NCBI GenBank assembly: GCA_964640515.1
Contig: CAZXFG010000002.1
Location: 1-40,205, forward strand
Reading direction: 5' to 3'
Length of the DNA stretch: 40,205 bases
Origin: an uncultured Gammaproteobacteria bacterium
Lineage (GTDB): Bacteria > Patescibacteriota > Patescibacteriia > Magasanikbacterales > GWA2-37-8
In this document: piece after piece, positions 9,518 through 17,876 of the stretch
Layout of the letters: each line of letters begins with the position of its first letter
Position numbering within the stretch: position 1 is the first letter of the stretch
Position numbers and translations under genes: made by a program
Notes under the pieces: model-generated
Databases searched by the model: none
Told to the model about the DNA's origin: nothing
The model's input: the letters and a program-made list of their open reading frames with translations, nothing else

Positions 9518-9541
9518 TTTGTATAGACTAGTCTATACAAA
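9518..9541. repeat. 24-bp perfect palindrome TTTGTATAGACTAGTCTATACAAA, copy 1
   Basis: Exact string match; self-complementary. It lies 85 nt downstream of tRNA-Ala. Confidence 0.95.
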
Positions 9542-9571
9542 TCGCACAGATTCACCACTTTATACACCAAG

Positions 9572-9580
9572 TTATCCACA
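9572..9580 (+). promoter_or_regulatory. Perfect DnaA box TTATCCACA (outside oriC)
   Basis: Exact consensus 9-mer within GTTATCCACAG. It is followed by CTCTATACACAAA, a degenerate half of the 24-bp palindrome. Confidence 0.5.
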
Positions 9581-9625
9581 GCTCTATACACAAAACCACC
9601 CTAAAAGGTGATTTTGACTCAAAAG

Positions 9626-9696
9626 TGGACCTAGGCAGAATCGAACTGCCGTCCCAGCAATGCGAATGCTGTGTTCTACCACTGAACCATAGGCCC
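9626..9696 (-). tRNA. tRNA-Ala (anticodon CGC)
   Basis: Cloverleaf folded by hand: acceptor GGGCCTA/TAGGTCC with the G3:U70 Ala identity pair, anticodon stem CAGCA/TGCTG, loop TTCGCAT, T-arm GGCAG-TTCGATT-CTGCC. No encoded CCA. Confidence 0.9.
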
Positions 9697-9707
9697 GTAA
9701 TCCATTG

Positions 9708-9731
9708 TTTGTATAGACTAGTCTATACAAA
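9708..9731. repeat. 24-bp perfect palindrome, copy 2
   Basis: Exact match. It sits in the 56-nt spacer between tRNA-Arg and tRNA-Ala. Confidence 0.95.
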
Positions 9732-9752
9732 CAGCCCCTCCCAAACAGCCCC

Positions 9753-9827
9753 TGGTGCCCCCGAAGGGAATTGAACCCCTATTTTGTCCTTAGGACGGAC
9801 CTGTTCTATCCGTTGAACTACGGGGGC
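9753..9827 (-). tRNA. tRNA-Arg (anticodon CCT)
   Basis: Acceptor GCCCCCG/CGGGGGC, D-arm GTTC..GAAC, anticodon loop GTCCTAA, T-arm AGGGG-TTCAATT-CCCTT, encoded 3' ACCA. Confidence 0.9.
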
Positions 9828-9836
9828 CTGGCAACA

Positions 9837-9865
9837 ATTTTACAGGAAAAAATATCTCTTGGCAA
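9837..9865 (-). promoter_or_regulatory. Sigma70-like promoter for the tRNA-Arg/tRNA-Ala unit
   Basis: Minus strand reads TTGCCA (9865-9860), a 17-nt spacer, then TAAAAT (9842-9837). The -10 ends 9 nt before the mature tRNA-Arg 5' end. Confidence 0.6.
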
Positions 9866-9924
9866 GTATCTGCTTGCTATTTTATCCCCGTCATAATACA
9901 ATTGTTAATGTTTTTCCATTAAAA

Positions 9925-11025
9925 ATGATTTATATGAATTCAGTCATCGCTTTAATAGCATCTTTGGGATTATTAATCGCCTGTCTGGTCATTTTTCTAC
10001 TTTTTAGAAAACTTCAGGAGAGCCAAAAACCTAAAGAAGGGGAGCAGAATATCTTTTTAATGTTGCAAAACCAGATTCAAGAGCTCAACCAACTGGTTGA
10101 TCGCAAGATTAGCGACACGCACAAGGTAATGACTGAAACCCAAAGCAGTCTGCACCGTACCATTCAAACGCAATTCGGTCAAAGCGCCAAGATTATTTCC
10201 GATGTGACTGAACGCCTGACCAAATTAGATGAGACCAATCGCCAAGTCGTCAATTTTGCCGACCAATTGCAGAACCTGGAAAATATTTTACAAAATCCCA
10301 AACACCGCGGCATACTGGGGGAATACTATCTGGAAAATGTCTTAAAAAATGTTTTGCCGCCCGGGAGTTATCAGATGCAATATAAATTTTCCGACGGCGA
10401 CATCGTGGACGCGGTGGTCTTCATTAAAGATAAAATCATACCAATTGACTCCAAGTTTTCTTTGGAAAATTACAACCGCGCCGTGAGTGAAAAAGACGCT
10501 AACCTTAGAGAAGAATTGGAAGGCGCTTTTAAGCGGGACCTCAAAAATAGAATTGATGAAACCAGCAAATATATCAAGCCCAAGGAGGGGACCATGGATT
10601 TCGCTTTTATGTTTATCCCGGCCGAGGGAATATATTACGACTTACTAATCAACCAAGTGGGCGCGCTAAAAACCAACACCCATGATTTAATTGAATACGC
10701 TTTTAAGGAAAGACATGTGATCATTGTGTCGCCGACTTCTTTCCTGGCTTATCTACAAACCGTCATGCAGGGCCTCCGAGCGTTAAAGATAGAGGAGTCA
10801 GCCAAAGAAATCAGGAAGAGGGTGGAGGAGCTGGGTAAACATATTCTGGCCTATGACGAATACATGAAAAAACTGGGCATCAACCTGGGCACTACGGTCA
10901 ACGCCTATAATACCGCCTATAAAGAGCTGAATAAGATAGATAAAGATGTGATGCGAATCACGGACGGAGAAAAACAAATTGAGCCGGCTTTGCTGGAAAA
11001 ACCAAATTTAGAGATAGAATCTTGA
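9925..11025 (+). CDS. rmuC: DNA recombination protein RmuC
   Basis: N-terminal TM, then a coiled coil, then the RmuC-type core (NPKHRGILGEYYLENVL...IVDAVVFIKDKIIPIDSKF...FMFIPAEGIYY). The track start at 9859 overlaps the tRNA promoter, so ATG 9925 (or 9934) is preferred. Confidence 0.85.
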   Translation: MIYMNSVIALIASLGLLIACLVIFLLFRKLQESQKPKEGEQNIFLMLQNQIQELNQLVDRKISDTHKVMTETQSSLHRTIQTQFGQSAKIISDVTERLTKLDETNRQVVNFADQLQNLENILQNPKHRGILGEYYLENVLKNVLPPGSYQMQYKFSDGDIVDAVVFIKDKIIPIDSKFSLENYNRAVSEKDANLREELEGAFKRDLKNRIDETSKYIKPKEGTMDFAFMFIPAEGIYYDLLINQVGALKTNTHDLIEYAFKERHVIIVSPTSFLAYLQTVMQGLRALKIEESAKEIRKRVEELGKHILAYDEYMKKLGINLGTTVNAYNTAYKELNKIDKDVMRITDGEKQIEPALLEKPNLEIES

Positions 11026-11050
11026 CTTTTCCGCCCATCTGTATTAATAT
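11022..11050 (+). promoter_or_regulatory. Sigma70-like promoter for rpsT
   Basis: TTGACT (11022-11027), a 17-nt spacer, then TAATAT (11045-11050). Confidence 0.5.
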
Positions 11051-11124
11051 ATCCGCATAATTTCGCCCGCTAAACTGTTTTTAGCTCTCATAAAACAGGC
11101 GGGCAGTAAACCACTCTAATCTCT

Positions 11125-11385
11125 ATGCCCAATAAAGCTAGCGCTAAAAAAGCCCTAAGACAGAACAAAAAAAGAGCCGCCATTAATCAGATGTACCGAG
11201 AAAAATTCAGAAACGCCGTGAAAAAAGCGGCCAAAGCTAATTCGGCTGAAGAATTCATGAAACTGGCCAGTTTGGCTCAAAAAGCTCTGGATAAAGCGGC
11301 TAAACACGGCACCATCAAGAAAAATACGGCCAGCCGCAAGCTATCCCGCCTGATGAAAAAACAAAAAACCGCGGTAAAAAAATAA
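11125..11385 (+). CDS. rpsT: 30S ribosomal protein S20
   Basis: 86 aa. MPNKASAKKALRQNKKRAAINQ... is a typical lysine/alanine-rich S20 N-terminus and length. Confidence 0.9.
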   Translation: MPNKASAKKALRQNKKRAAINQMYREKFRNAVKKAAKANSAEEFMKLASLAQKALDKAAKHGTIKKNTASRKLSRLMKKQKTAVKK

Positions 11386-11402
11386 AGTAAACAAAACAAT
11401 CG

Positions 11403-11427
11403 CCATCCTCAATTGAGGATGGTTTTT
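11403..11427 (+). terminator. Rho-independent terminator after rpsT
   Basis: CCATCCTC-AATT-GAGGATGG followed by TTTTT. Confidence 0.75.
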
Positions 11428-11487
11428 GTTTGCAAAAAGGGCCGCGTGGGATATAATGAATATATATTAAAATAATTCATATAAAAT

Positions 11488-12699
11488 ATGGGAGAACAAA
11501 GACCTTCACCGCCACCGGAATCCGGTTTAGAGCGAGATGCGCTACCTGGAATGAAAAAAATGAGAGAAAGAGGTGACCGGGCAAGAAAAATCACCGAGGA
11601 ACTTATACCTTTGATCCCAGACCCAGATGACGCCGAACGATTCTCACCCGAAGTCATCAAAACATATAAAAAACAAATGGCCGAAATAATTGCTCGGCAA
11701 ATTGAGCAACGACCAGACTGTGAACCAGCCGAACAGGAACAAATAACACAACAAATTATTAAAACTTTTGGGAGGCAAATGTTGCGCGCCTCCAAATCTG
11801 AACATGAATTGGAATCCTTTAAAACGCGGACTATGGAACTGGAGCGGGCGAGCAAAAGAGACCCTCTCACTGGCTTGCAAAACAGGAAAGGAGCGGAAGA
11901 GGGATACGCGGCCATCAGAGAATTAGAGAGGGAGGGTATCTTTCAAGGAGAAACTGTTTTTGTCAGATTTGACTTAGACAACTTCAAGCTAGTTAATGAT
12001 TTGCTAAGCCACAACCAAGGCGATCAAGTATTGCGCTGGGTGGCCAAAAATCTGGAAACAAAAGTCAATCAAACGGCCAATAGCGAATTGACTAAATTGG
12101 GGCTACGCCCGGCTGATGTGCGCATTCGTTTCAGCGGCGATGAATTTGGAATAATTCTTACCGATGTCCGACCGGGCAAACGGCAAACCGCAAATGGAGA
12201 GGAAGACATTTCTCTAGAAGACACGATAAAAAAAATTTTGGTCAGAGTTGTGGAAGCGATTGAGGATATAAATGAAGAATTGCCCGCTCAAGTAAAGGAT
12301 AAGATTTTTATTTCAGCCAGTGTCGGTTATGCTATTGTGCCTAAAAATGGAGCAACGTCATTTGATGAGGCCAACGCGCGAGCAGACAAAGCCGCTGGTA
12401 CGGCTAAACTGCTAAAATTCTTGCAACGGGAAGGAGAGGACTACCGCTCGGGTAAAAAAAGAATAATCAATTTTGATGTGGCAGAAAAAGAGGGTTTGCA
12501 GACGCAAGAAGAATTTCGCACTTTGAGTCCTTCTGAACTGGAAACCCTGCAGACTATTCAACCATTTTTACGGGCGTTAGACCAAGCAAAAAAAGTTGTG
12601 GACGAAGACATGGTCCCTTCCTTAGTTGCTCAATTCAATCAAATAGTAAAGACGATTCAGGAAGGTATAAGGCTCAAACAAGCGGAAAAAAAGGGGTAA
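11488..12699 (+). CDS. GGDEF-domain (diguanylate cyclase-like) protein with SGDEF active-site variant
   Basis: DPLTGLQNRKG...VFVRFDLDNFKLVNDLLSHNQGDQVL...RFSGDEFGIILTD...ASVGYA. The ~130-aa N-terminus is charged and coil-like, with no recognisable sensor domain. Confidence 0.8.
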   Translation: MGEQRPSPPPESGLERDALPGMKKMRERGDRARKITEELIPLIPDPDDAERFSPEVIKTYKKQMAEIIARQIEQRPDCEPAEQEQITQQIIKTFGRQMLRASKSEHELESFKTRTMELERASKRDPLTGLQNRKGAEEGYAAIRELEREGIFQGETVFVRFDLDNFKLVNDLLSHNQGDQVLRWVAKNLETKVNQTANSELTKLGLRPADVRIRFSGDEFGIILTDVRPGKRQTANGEEDISLEDTIKKILVRVVEAIEDINEELPAQVKDKIFISASVGYAIVPKNGATSFDEANARADKAAGTAKLLKFLQREGEDYRSGKKRIINFDVAEKEGLQTQEEFRTLSPSELETLQTIQPFLRALDQAKKVVDEDMVPSLVAQFNQIVKTIQEGIRLKQAEKKG

Positions 12700-12704
12700 T
12701 AACT

Positions 12705-13667
12705 TTATGATTCCCCGACAAATAAATCTAGAAGCATTGACTGGTCGCCCTGACCGGTTTTTGTTTTGATGTCAATTTCCAGCAGACGCTGATAAATATT
12801 TTTGAGTTTTTGCAAAGGATACCGGCGCACCAAAGGCAAACTTTTTTTTACCGCGTAAGGATGCAAGCCGAGCGTCTCGGCCAAAGCGTCGCTGGTCATC
12901 TTATCCTCCCGGTCAAACAAATCGCGCAACTGGATCAAAATCCTGAACTGGCGCAGTATCATACTAAATAAGTATGTATCATCTTCACCCAATTTTCGCT
13001 GGTCGTCCATCAGCTTAAAAGCCGTTTTTTTATTTCCGCTCACCACCGCGTCCACCATGCTGAAAATGTTATCGTCTTCTTTTTCCGCTAAAAATAGCCG
13101 CGCATCGGCCAAACTAATTTCCTCGCCTTTTTTATAAGCCAACAACTGATCCAATAGAGAATTAAGCAACCACATGTCTTGACCGGTATGGCGAGCCAAA
13201 AAAACCAACGCGTGCGAACCTATTTTACCACCGCGAACCGCGACTTCTTTCCCGACCCAAGCGGACAATTCTCCCGTTTCCAAACTTTTAAATTCTTGGG
13301 CGTATTTTTCTTTAGCTAACAGCCCGGCCAATTCCTTGGCCGACCCGCTTTTACCAAACACTTCGCCTTGCCAAAAAACCAACACATTGCTTTCGGGAAT
13401 TTTTTTATTTTTTACCCATTCCGCTAATTCGGACAGCATATCCTCATCTGCGGAAGACAGAGTGTTTTCCAAAACTATCATTCTTTTTTCAGCCAAAAAA
13501 GGCGCGGCCGTCATCTCGCTCAATATCTTGCCCATTTCTTCTATTTTGGCATCCAAAATCACCACATTATACCCTTGGGGATCGCGCTGTTTCTTGAATT
13601 GCTCAATGGTTTTTTTGAGATATTGCCGGCTTCTAAAAGTGTCGGCGCCGTAGATGTAAATAATCAT
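12705..13667 (-). CDS. holA: DNA polymerase III delta subunit
   Basis: 320 aa with a holA-like N-terminus (MIIYIYGADTFRSRQYL...YNVVILDA) and overall length and pattern. Called by eye only. Confidence 0.7.
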   Translation of the reverse strand: MIIYIYGADTFRSRQYLKKTIEQFKKQRDPQGYNVVILDAKIEEMGKILSEMTAAPFLAEKRMIVLENTLSSADEDMLSELAEWVKNKKIPESNVLVFWQGEVFGKSGSAKELAGLLAKEKYAQEFKSLETGELSAWVGKEVAVRGGKIGSHALVFLARHTGQDMWLLNSLLDQLLAYKKGEEISLADARLFLAEKEDDNIFSMVDAVVSGNKKTAFKLMDDQRKLGEDDTYLFSMILRQFRILIQLRDLFDREDKMTSDALAETLGLHPYAVKKSLPLVRRYPLQKLKNIYQRLLEIDIKTKTGQGDQSMLLDLFVGES

Positions 13668-13697
13668 AGCAGGGGAATTGTATTACAAGCGGAAATT

Positions 13698-14735
13698 TTA
13701 AGCAACCGCGCGTTTAATCATAAACTCCACATTTTCATCAGCATTTATATGTCCAATATTTTTTCCCGGATTGGCATTCTTCCATACCCGGAATATTTCA
13801 TCGGCAAAACTCTGGCCAACGGTTTCTACTCCGTTAAAATCCAATACAATATCCCGAAATTTATCCAACCCCATCATTACTCTGCGCGCTTCGGAGCGTG
13901 ATAATAAATTTTTATCAACTTCAAATAATTTGACCAGCACTTTGGTTTTTGAAAAATCAAAAGTGTCTTTATCCGTGTATTCGGCAAATATCGCCTGCGC
14001 GGTTTTGGCGCCATTCACATTTATATTGAAATAGATTTCCGTTCCGCCGCGATCAACGCAATCCTCTAAAATAATATCCTTAAAATTTTCTTCATTGAAA
14101 AATCTGATAACCTTACCTGAACTCCTTATCGTGAATGAATCCGCCATTTTAGAAGTAAAAAAAATGCCTTGACCGGTATGTCTGGCCGCGTCGGTAGATT
14201 GTTTCCCCTTCAACAGCTGTTGGATGGCGGATAAGATATCCGATAAACCAAATTCCTGTTTAATTTTATTGAATATCCCCACTCCGCCATCTCTAACGGC
14301 AAAATTAACTTCATCCTTAATTCTTTCCATCGCTACTATCACTTTATCGGAACGCGAGTGCTCAATAGCGTTATTTACCATTTCCAATAAAGCGTAGGTT
14401 ACGATGTTATTTATATTTTTTTTCAGACCGAACAATACTCCAGTCTGATCCTGGATTCTTTTTAAAACATACTCTTCCGACAGATTCTCATTGAGAAAAG
14501 TTTCACTAAAATCCTTGATATTTTCCTTGGCGCGCCGCAACGACCGCGCGTCGGCTAATATATAAACGGCTTTGTTGGCTTTCCCTAAAAGCAAAATTCT
14601 TCCTTCGTCGCGCAGATCCTGCAAAGCGCGGTTCACATAGGTACGCGAAAAACCGCTCGCGCGGACAATGTCCGCGGCCTTGAGCTGTTTGACGGTTGTT
14701 ATTTTGGCCAAAATTAAAGATTTCAGGTTATTCAT
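13698..14735 (-). CDS. wHTH + GHKL (HATPase_c-like) ATP-binding + C-terminal STAS-like DUF4325 protein
   Basis: N-terminal HTH (IVRASGFSRTYVNRALQDLRDEGRI). N-box-like NNAIEH, G1-like DGGVGIF and G2-like TGQGIFF motifs. C-terminal LLSRSEARRVM..FRDIVLDFNGVETVGQSFADEIFR resembles DUF4325. Confidence 0.65.
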   Translation of the reverse strand: MNNLKSLILAKITTVKQLKAADIVRASGFSRTYVNRALQDLRDEGRILLLGKANKAVYILADARSLRRAKENIKDFSETFLNENLSEEYVLKRIQDQTGVLFGLKKNINNIVTYALLEMVNNAIEHSRSDKVIVAMERIKDEVNFAVRDGGVGIFNKIKQEFGLSDILSAIQQLLKGKQSTDAARHTGQGIFFTSKMADSFTIRSSGKVIRFFNEENFKDIILEDCVDRGGTEIYFNINVNGAKTAQAIFAEYTDKDTFDFSKTKVLVKLFEVDKNLLSRSEARRVMMGLDKFRDIVLDFNGVETVGQSFADEIFRVWKNANPGKNIGHINADENVEFMIKRAVA

Positions 14736-14851
14736 AGTTTGCAGTTTGTTGACAACTTATATTTTATCATATTTATATAAAGTTGTCAACCACATGTAAA
14801 CAAAATACGCCAAAAATGGCGTATTTATTGGATTTTTACTATCGGCCAGGC

Positions 14852-17647
14852 CTACTTCATCTCCCCCCACCTCTTCCCGCTATGCACCTCAACCTTGATA
14901 GGCACGCGCAACTTCACCACTTTCTCCATAGTCTCTTTCAAAAGCGGGGTTAGCTTATTTTCCAACCCTTTTTTTACCTCAAACACCAACTCATCATGCA
15001 CTTGCAGAGTCATTCTGATTTCTCCTTTTTCATAAGGTTGCTTGGTCTCTTCGCTTCTCGCGATGACTTTTTTCACTTCAATCATGGCCATCTTTATCAA
15101 ATCCGCGGCCGTGCCCTGTACCGGATGATTAACCGCCATGCGTTCAGCCGCGGCCCGCAACTGATAATTGGCGGCTTTTAATTCCGGCAAATAGCGCCGG
15201 CGGCCAAATAAAGTTTCGCAATAACCTTCTTTTTTAGTGAACCCCAAGGTGCGATCAATGTATTTTTTGACCCCGGCGAACTCCTGAAAATATTTAGCGA
15301 TGAAATCTTTGGCCTCCCACTGGGGAATTTCGGCTCGCCAGCTCAAACCATAAGCCCCCATGCCGTAAAGGATGCCGAAATTAATTTCTTTGGCCGCCCG
15401 CCGCATCTCTTTGGTCACTTTATCCAAAGGCACGCCATTAATAGCCGCGGCCGTGGCCTGATGAATGTCTTCGTCTTTGGCAAAAATCTCCATCATCCGT
15501 TTATCTTCAGCCAGCGAGGCCACAATCCGCAATTCAATCTGCGAATAATCCGCGCTCACCAAAATATTACCGTCTTCAGCCACAAAAGCTTTGCGAATCT
15601 CCCGCCCCATCTCCGTGCGAATCGGGATATTCTGCAAATTGGGGTCGGAACTGGACAAACGACCGGTGGCTGTCACGGCCTGATTGAAACTAGTGTGAAT
15701 CCGTCCGGTTTTTTTGTTAATCAAAGCGGGCAACACATCAATGTAGGTGTTTTGCAGTTTGCTCAACTCGCGATGAATTTCTATCTCCTCAATAATCGGA
15801 TGAAGCCCGCGCATTTTTTCCAACTGCTCCGCGCCCGTGGATAATCCGGTTTTGCCTTTCTTGATTCCCTCCGCCGGAATATCTAATTTTTCAAATAAAA
15901 TTTCCCGCAACTGAAGCGGAGAGGAAATATTAAATTCCTGCCCGGCCATTTTATATATTTTTTGCGAAACTTTTTTTATTTCTTCCGCCGCTTCTTTGGA
16001 TAATTTAGCAAGCGCCCCCGTGTCCACGGCCACACCGTTTAATTCCATCTCCGCCAAGATGCCGATGAGCGGCATTTCCACTTTTTCAAACAATCCCTGG
16101 TCATCAATCTTTGCCAACTCTCCGCGCAACTTGGACACAGTTTGCGCCAATAGATACAGCTCTTCCGCCACTGCCTTGGCATCCAGGCCAAACAAACTGG
16201 TTTGATTATGTCCCGCCGGCAATTCCCTGCCCAGCTCTTTCAAAACCACGCTGGCCGGGTCGTGCGCGCGACTGCCCGGATTTAACAAATAGGAGGCGAC
16301 CATTATATCAAACAATTTATTTTTCACTGTCATTGCGAGCCCCGCAGGGGCGCGGCAATCTCCTGCTATTTTAGGGATTGCGGAGCCTGTCCCGAGACGA
16401 AGTGAGGGATCTCGTTTCTCGCAATGACAAGTTATGATTTTTATCAACTGCTTCAAATCATGCCCCGCCAATTCCAATTCTTTATCCTTAAAGACTCCCA
16501 GCAAGTCTTCCGTAAATTCGGCCGGCACCCAAAATCCGCGCCGGCCAATGACAAAAACCAAACCCTGCAAACGGGCGCTGAAAATATCCGTCCCGTCCAA
16601 CACCGCTTTACAGGCAAAATGTTTCGCCTCTCTGATTAAGCCGTCTATTTGCCCAACCGTCTCCTTAAATTTCACCTCCACAAAATTAAAATCTTCCGCC
16701 GGATGCTTTTTTGCCTTAGCCGTTTTTTCATCCGTTTCCAACCGGCTCGCGCTTTCCGCCTTCATCCCCGGCACTCTTTTTAAAAGAGAAGCGAACTCGT
16801 ATTCTTGAAAAATTTTAGCGATTTTTTCATGATCTATTTTCTTCAACTCGCAGTCTTCCATTTTAAAATTCATATCCGGCACTTTGTCGTCCAAGGTGGC
16901 TAATTCCTGGCTTAAAAAAGCGCTCTCTTTCCCGTCCTCCAATTTTTTAATCACCGATTCTCTGATGCCCAGCTTGGTTAATTTTTTCAAATCTTTATAT
17001 ATCTCTTCCAAACCGCCGGCTTTTTGAATCAACTCGGTCGCGGTCTTCTCGCCAATGCCCGGCACGCCGGGAATATTATCCGAAGCGTCGCCGCGCAAAG
17101 CTTTATAATCCAATACCCGCTCCGGCCCAAAACCAAATCTGTTCTTTACCATGGCCGAATCGTAAATCACCACATCGCTTAATCCTTTGCGCGAAGTATA
17201 GACCCGGACTTTTTCATTTACCAATTGCAGAGTATCCATGTCGCCGGTGACGATAAAAATTTCTCCGCCTCGAAACGGTTTTTTCTCCATTTTTTTCACA
17301 ATCGTGGCAATCACATCATCGGCTTCATAGCCCCTCTTCTCATAAACCGGAATGCCAAAAGCTTTCACCACTTCATGAACCAAAGGAATCTGATCATAAA
17401 GTTCTTGGTCCGCTTTCACCCGAGTGGCTTTGTATTTTTCATATTTAACATGCCTAAAAGTCCCGCCGGCCACATCAAAAGTCACGGCCACATGCGTGGG
17501 TTGCAAATCTTGCCAAACTTTTAACAGCATGGAAGTAAAGCCATAGACCGCGTTGACCATCTGTCCTTTTTTGGTGGTCAAAGGCGGTAAAGCGTGATAG
17601 GCGCGATGCACAATCGCGTTGCCATCAATTATTATTAACTTTGACAT
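14852..17647 (-). CDS. polA: DNA polymerase I
   Basis: 931 aa. 5'-nuclease N-terminus (LIIIDGNAIVHRAYHA...GDASDNIPGVPGIGEKTA). Polymerase motifs: A (ILVSADYSQIELRI), B (RRAAKEINFGILYGM) and C (LQVHDELVFE). Confidence 0.95.
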   Translation of the reverse strand: MSKLIIIDGNAIVHRAYHALPPLTTKKGQMVNAVYGFTSMLLKVWQDLQPTHVAVTFDVAGGTFRHVKYEKYKATRVKADQELYDQIPLVHEVVKAFGIPVYEKRGYEADDVIATIVKKMEKKPFRGGEIFIVTGDMDTLQLVNEKVRVYTSRKGLSDVVIYDSAMVKNRFGFGPERVLDYKALRGDASDNIPGVPGIGEKTATELIQKAGGLEEIYKDLKKLTKLGIRESVIKKLEDGKESAFLSQELATLDDKVPDMNFKMEDCELKKIDHEKIAKIFQEYEFASLLKRVPGMKAESASRLETDEKTAKAKKHPAEDFNFVEVKFKETVGQIDGLIREAKHFACKAVLDGTDIFSARLQGLVFVIGRRGFWVPAEFTEDLLGVFKDKELELAGHDLKQLIKIITCHCEKRDPSLRLGTGSAIPKIAGDCRAPAGLAMTVKNKLFDIMVASYLLNPGSRAHDPASVVLKELGRELPAGHNQTSLFGLDAKAVAEELYLLAQTVSKLRGELAKIDDQGLFEKVEMPLIGILAEMELNGVAVDTGALAKLSKEAAEEIKKVSQKIYKMAGQEFNISSPLQLREILFEKLDIPAEGIKKGKTGLSTGAEQLEKMRGLHPIIEEIEIHRELSKLQNTYIDVLPALINKKTGRIHTSFNQAVTATGRLSSSDPNLQNIPIRTEMGREIRKAFVAEDGNILVSADYSQIELRIVASLAEDKRMMEIFAKDEDIHQATAAAINGVPLDKVTKEMRRAAKEINFGILYGMGAYGLSWRAEIPQWEAKDFIAKYFQEFAGVKKYIDRTLGFTKKEGYCETLFGRRRYLPELKAANYQLRAAAERMAVNHPVQGTAADLIKMAMIEVKKVIARSEETKQPYEKGEIRMTLQVHDELVFEVKKGLENKLTPLLKETMEKVVKLRVPIKVEVHSGKRWGEMK
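16326..16432. repeat. GTCATTGCGAG-type palindromic element inserted in frame in polA
   Basis: 11-bp terminal inverted repeats GTCATTGCGAG (16329-16339) and CTCGCAATGAC (16418-16428) enclose GC-rich hairpins. The element translates as CHCEKRDPSLRLGTGSAIPKIAGDCRAPAGLAMT. Confidence 0.8.
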
Positions 17648-17746
17648 AATTTTTATCTCAATAATTTTACTTCAATATCTTACCTCTAAACATGGCTTTG
17701 GGCAAGAAAAAATCCCTCCGACTTTATAACGGGGGGATGGTTCTTG

Positions 17747-17819
17747 AGGCCACGATGGGATTCGCACCCATGCATAGCGGTTTTGCAGACCGCCGTGTTA
17801 ACTGCTTCACCACGTGGCC
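17747..17819 (-). tRNA. tRNA-Cys (anticodon GCA)
   Basis: Acceptor GGCCACG/CGTGGCC, anticodon stem GCGGT/ACCGC with loop CTGCAAA, T-arm ATGGG-TGCGAAT-CCCAT. No encoded CCA. Confidence 0.88.
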
Positions 17820-17876
17820 ACTTTTATGGACAAATAATACCATCGGTAAACGCGAATGTCAAAATAAAAAGACCCC

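Noticed and set aside
9859-9924. Upstream start of rmuC at 9859
   Set aside because: It overlaps the divergent tRNA-Arg promoter (-35 at 9860-9865), and the encoded residues precede the obvious N-terminal TM helix. The internal ATGs at 9925 or 9934 are preferred.
11409-11915. 168-aa minus-strand ORF, and similar long antisense ORFs (e.g. 18039-18605, 22243-22647, 24274-24810, 7985-8455, 3552-3947)
   Set aside because: All lie fully inside well-supported genes on the opposite strand. They have low-complexity or skewed composition and lack start signals, so they are shadow ORFs.
16326-16432. The polA insert as an intein or self-splicing intron
   Set aside because: About 34 aa or 100 nt is far too short for an intein or a group I/II intron. 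There are no intein splice-junction residues (Cys/Ser...HN-Cys) at consistent borders. The sequence matches an intergenic palindromic repeat family instead.
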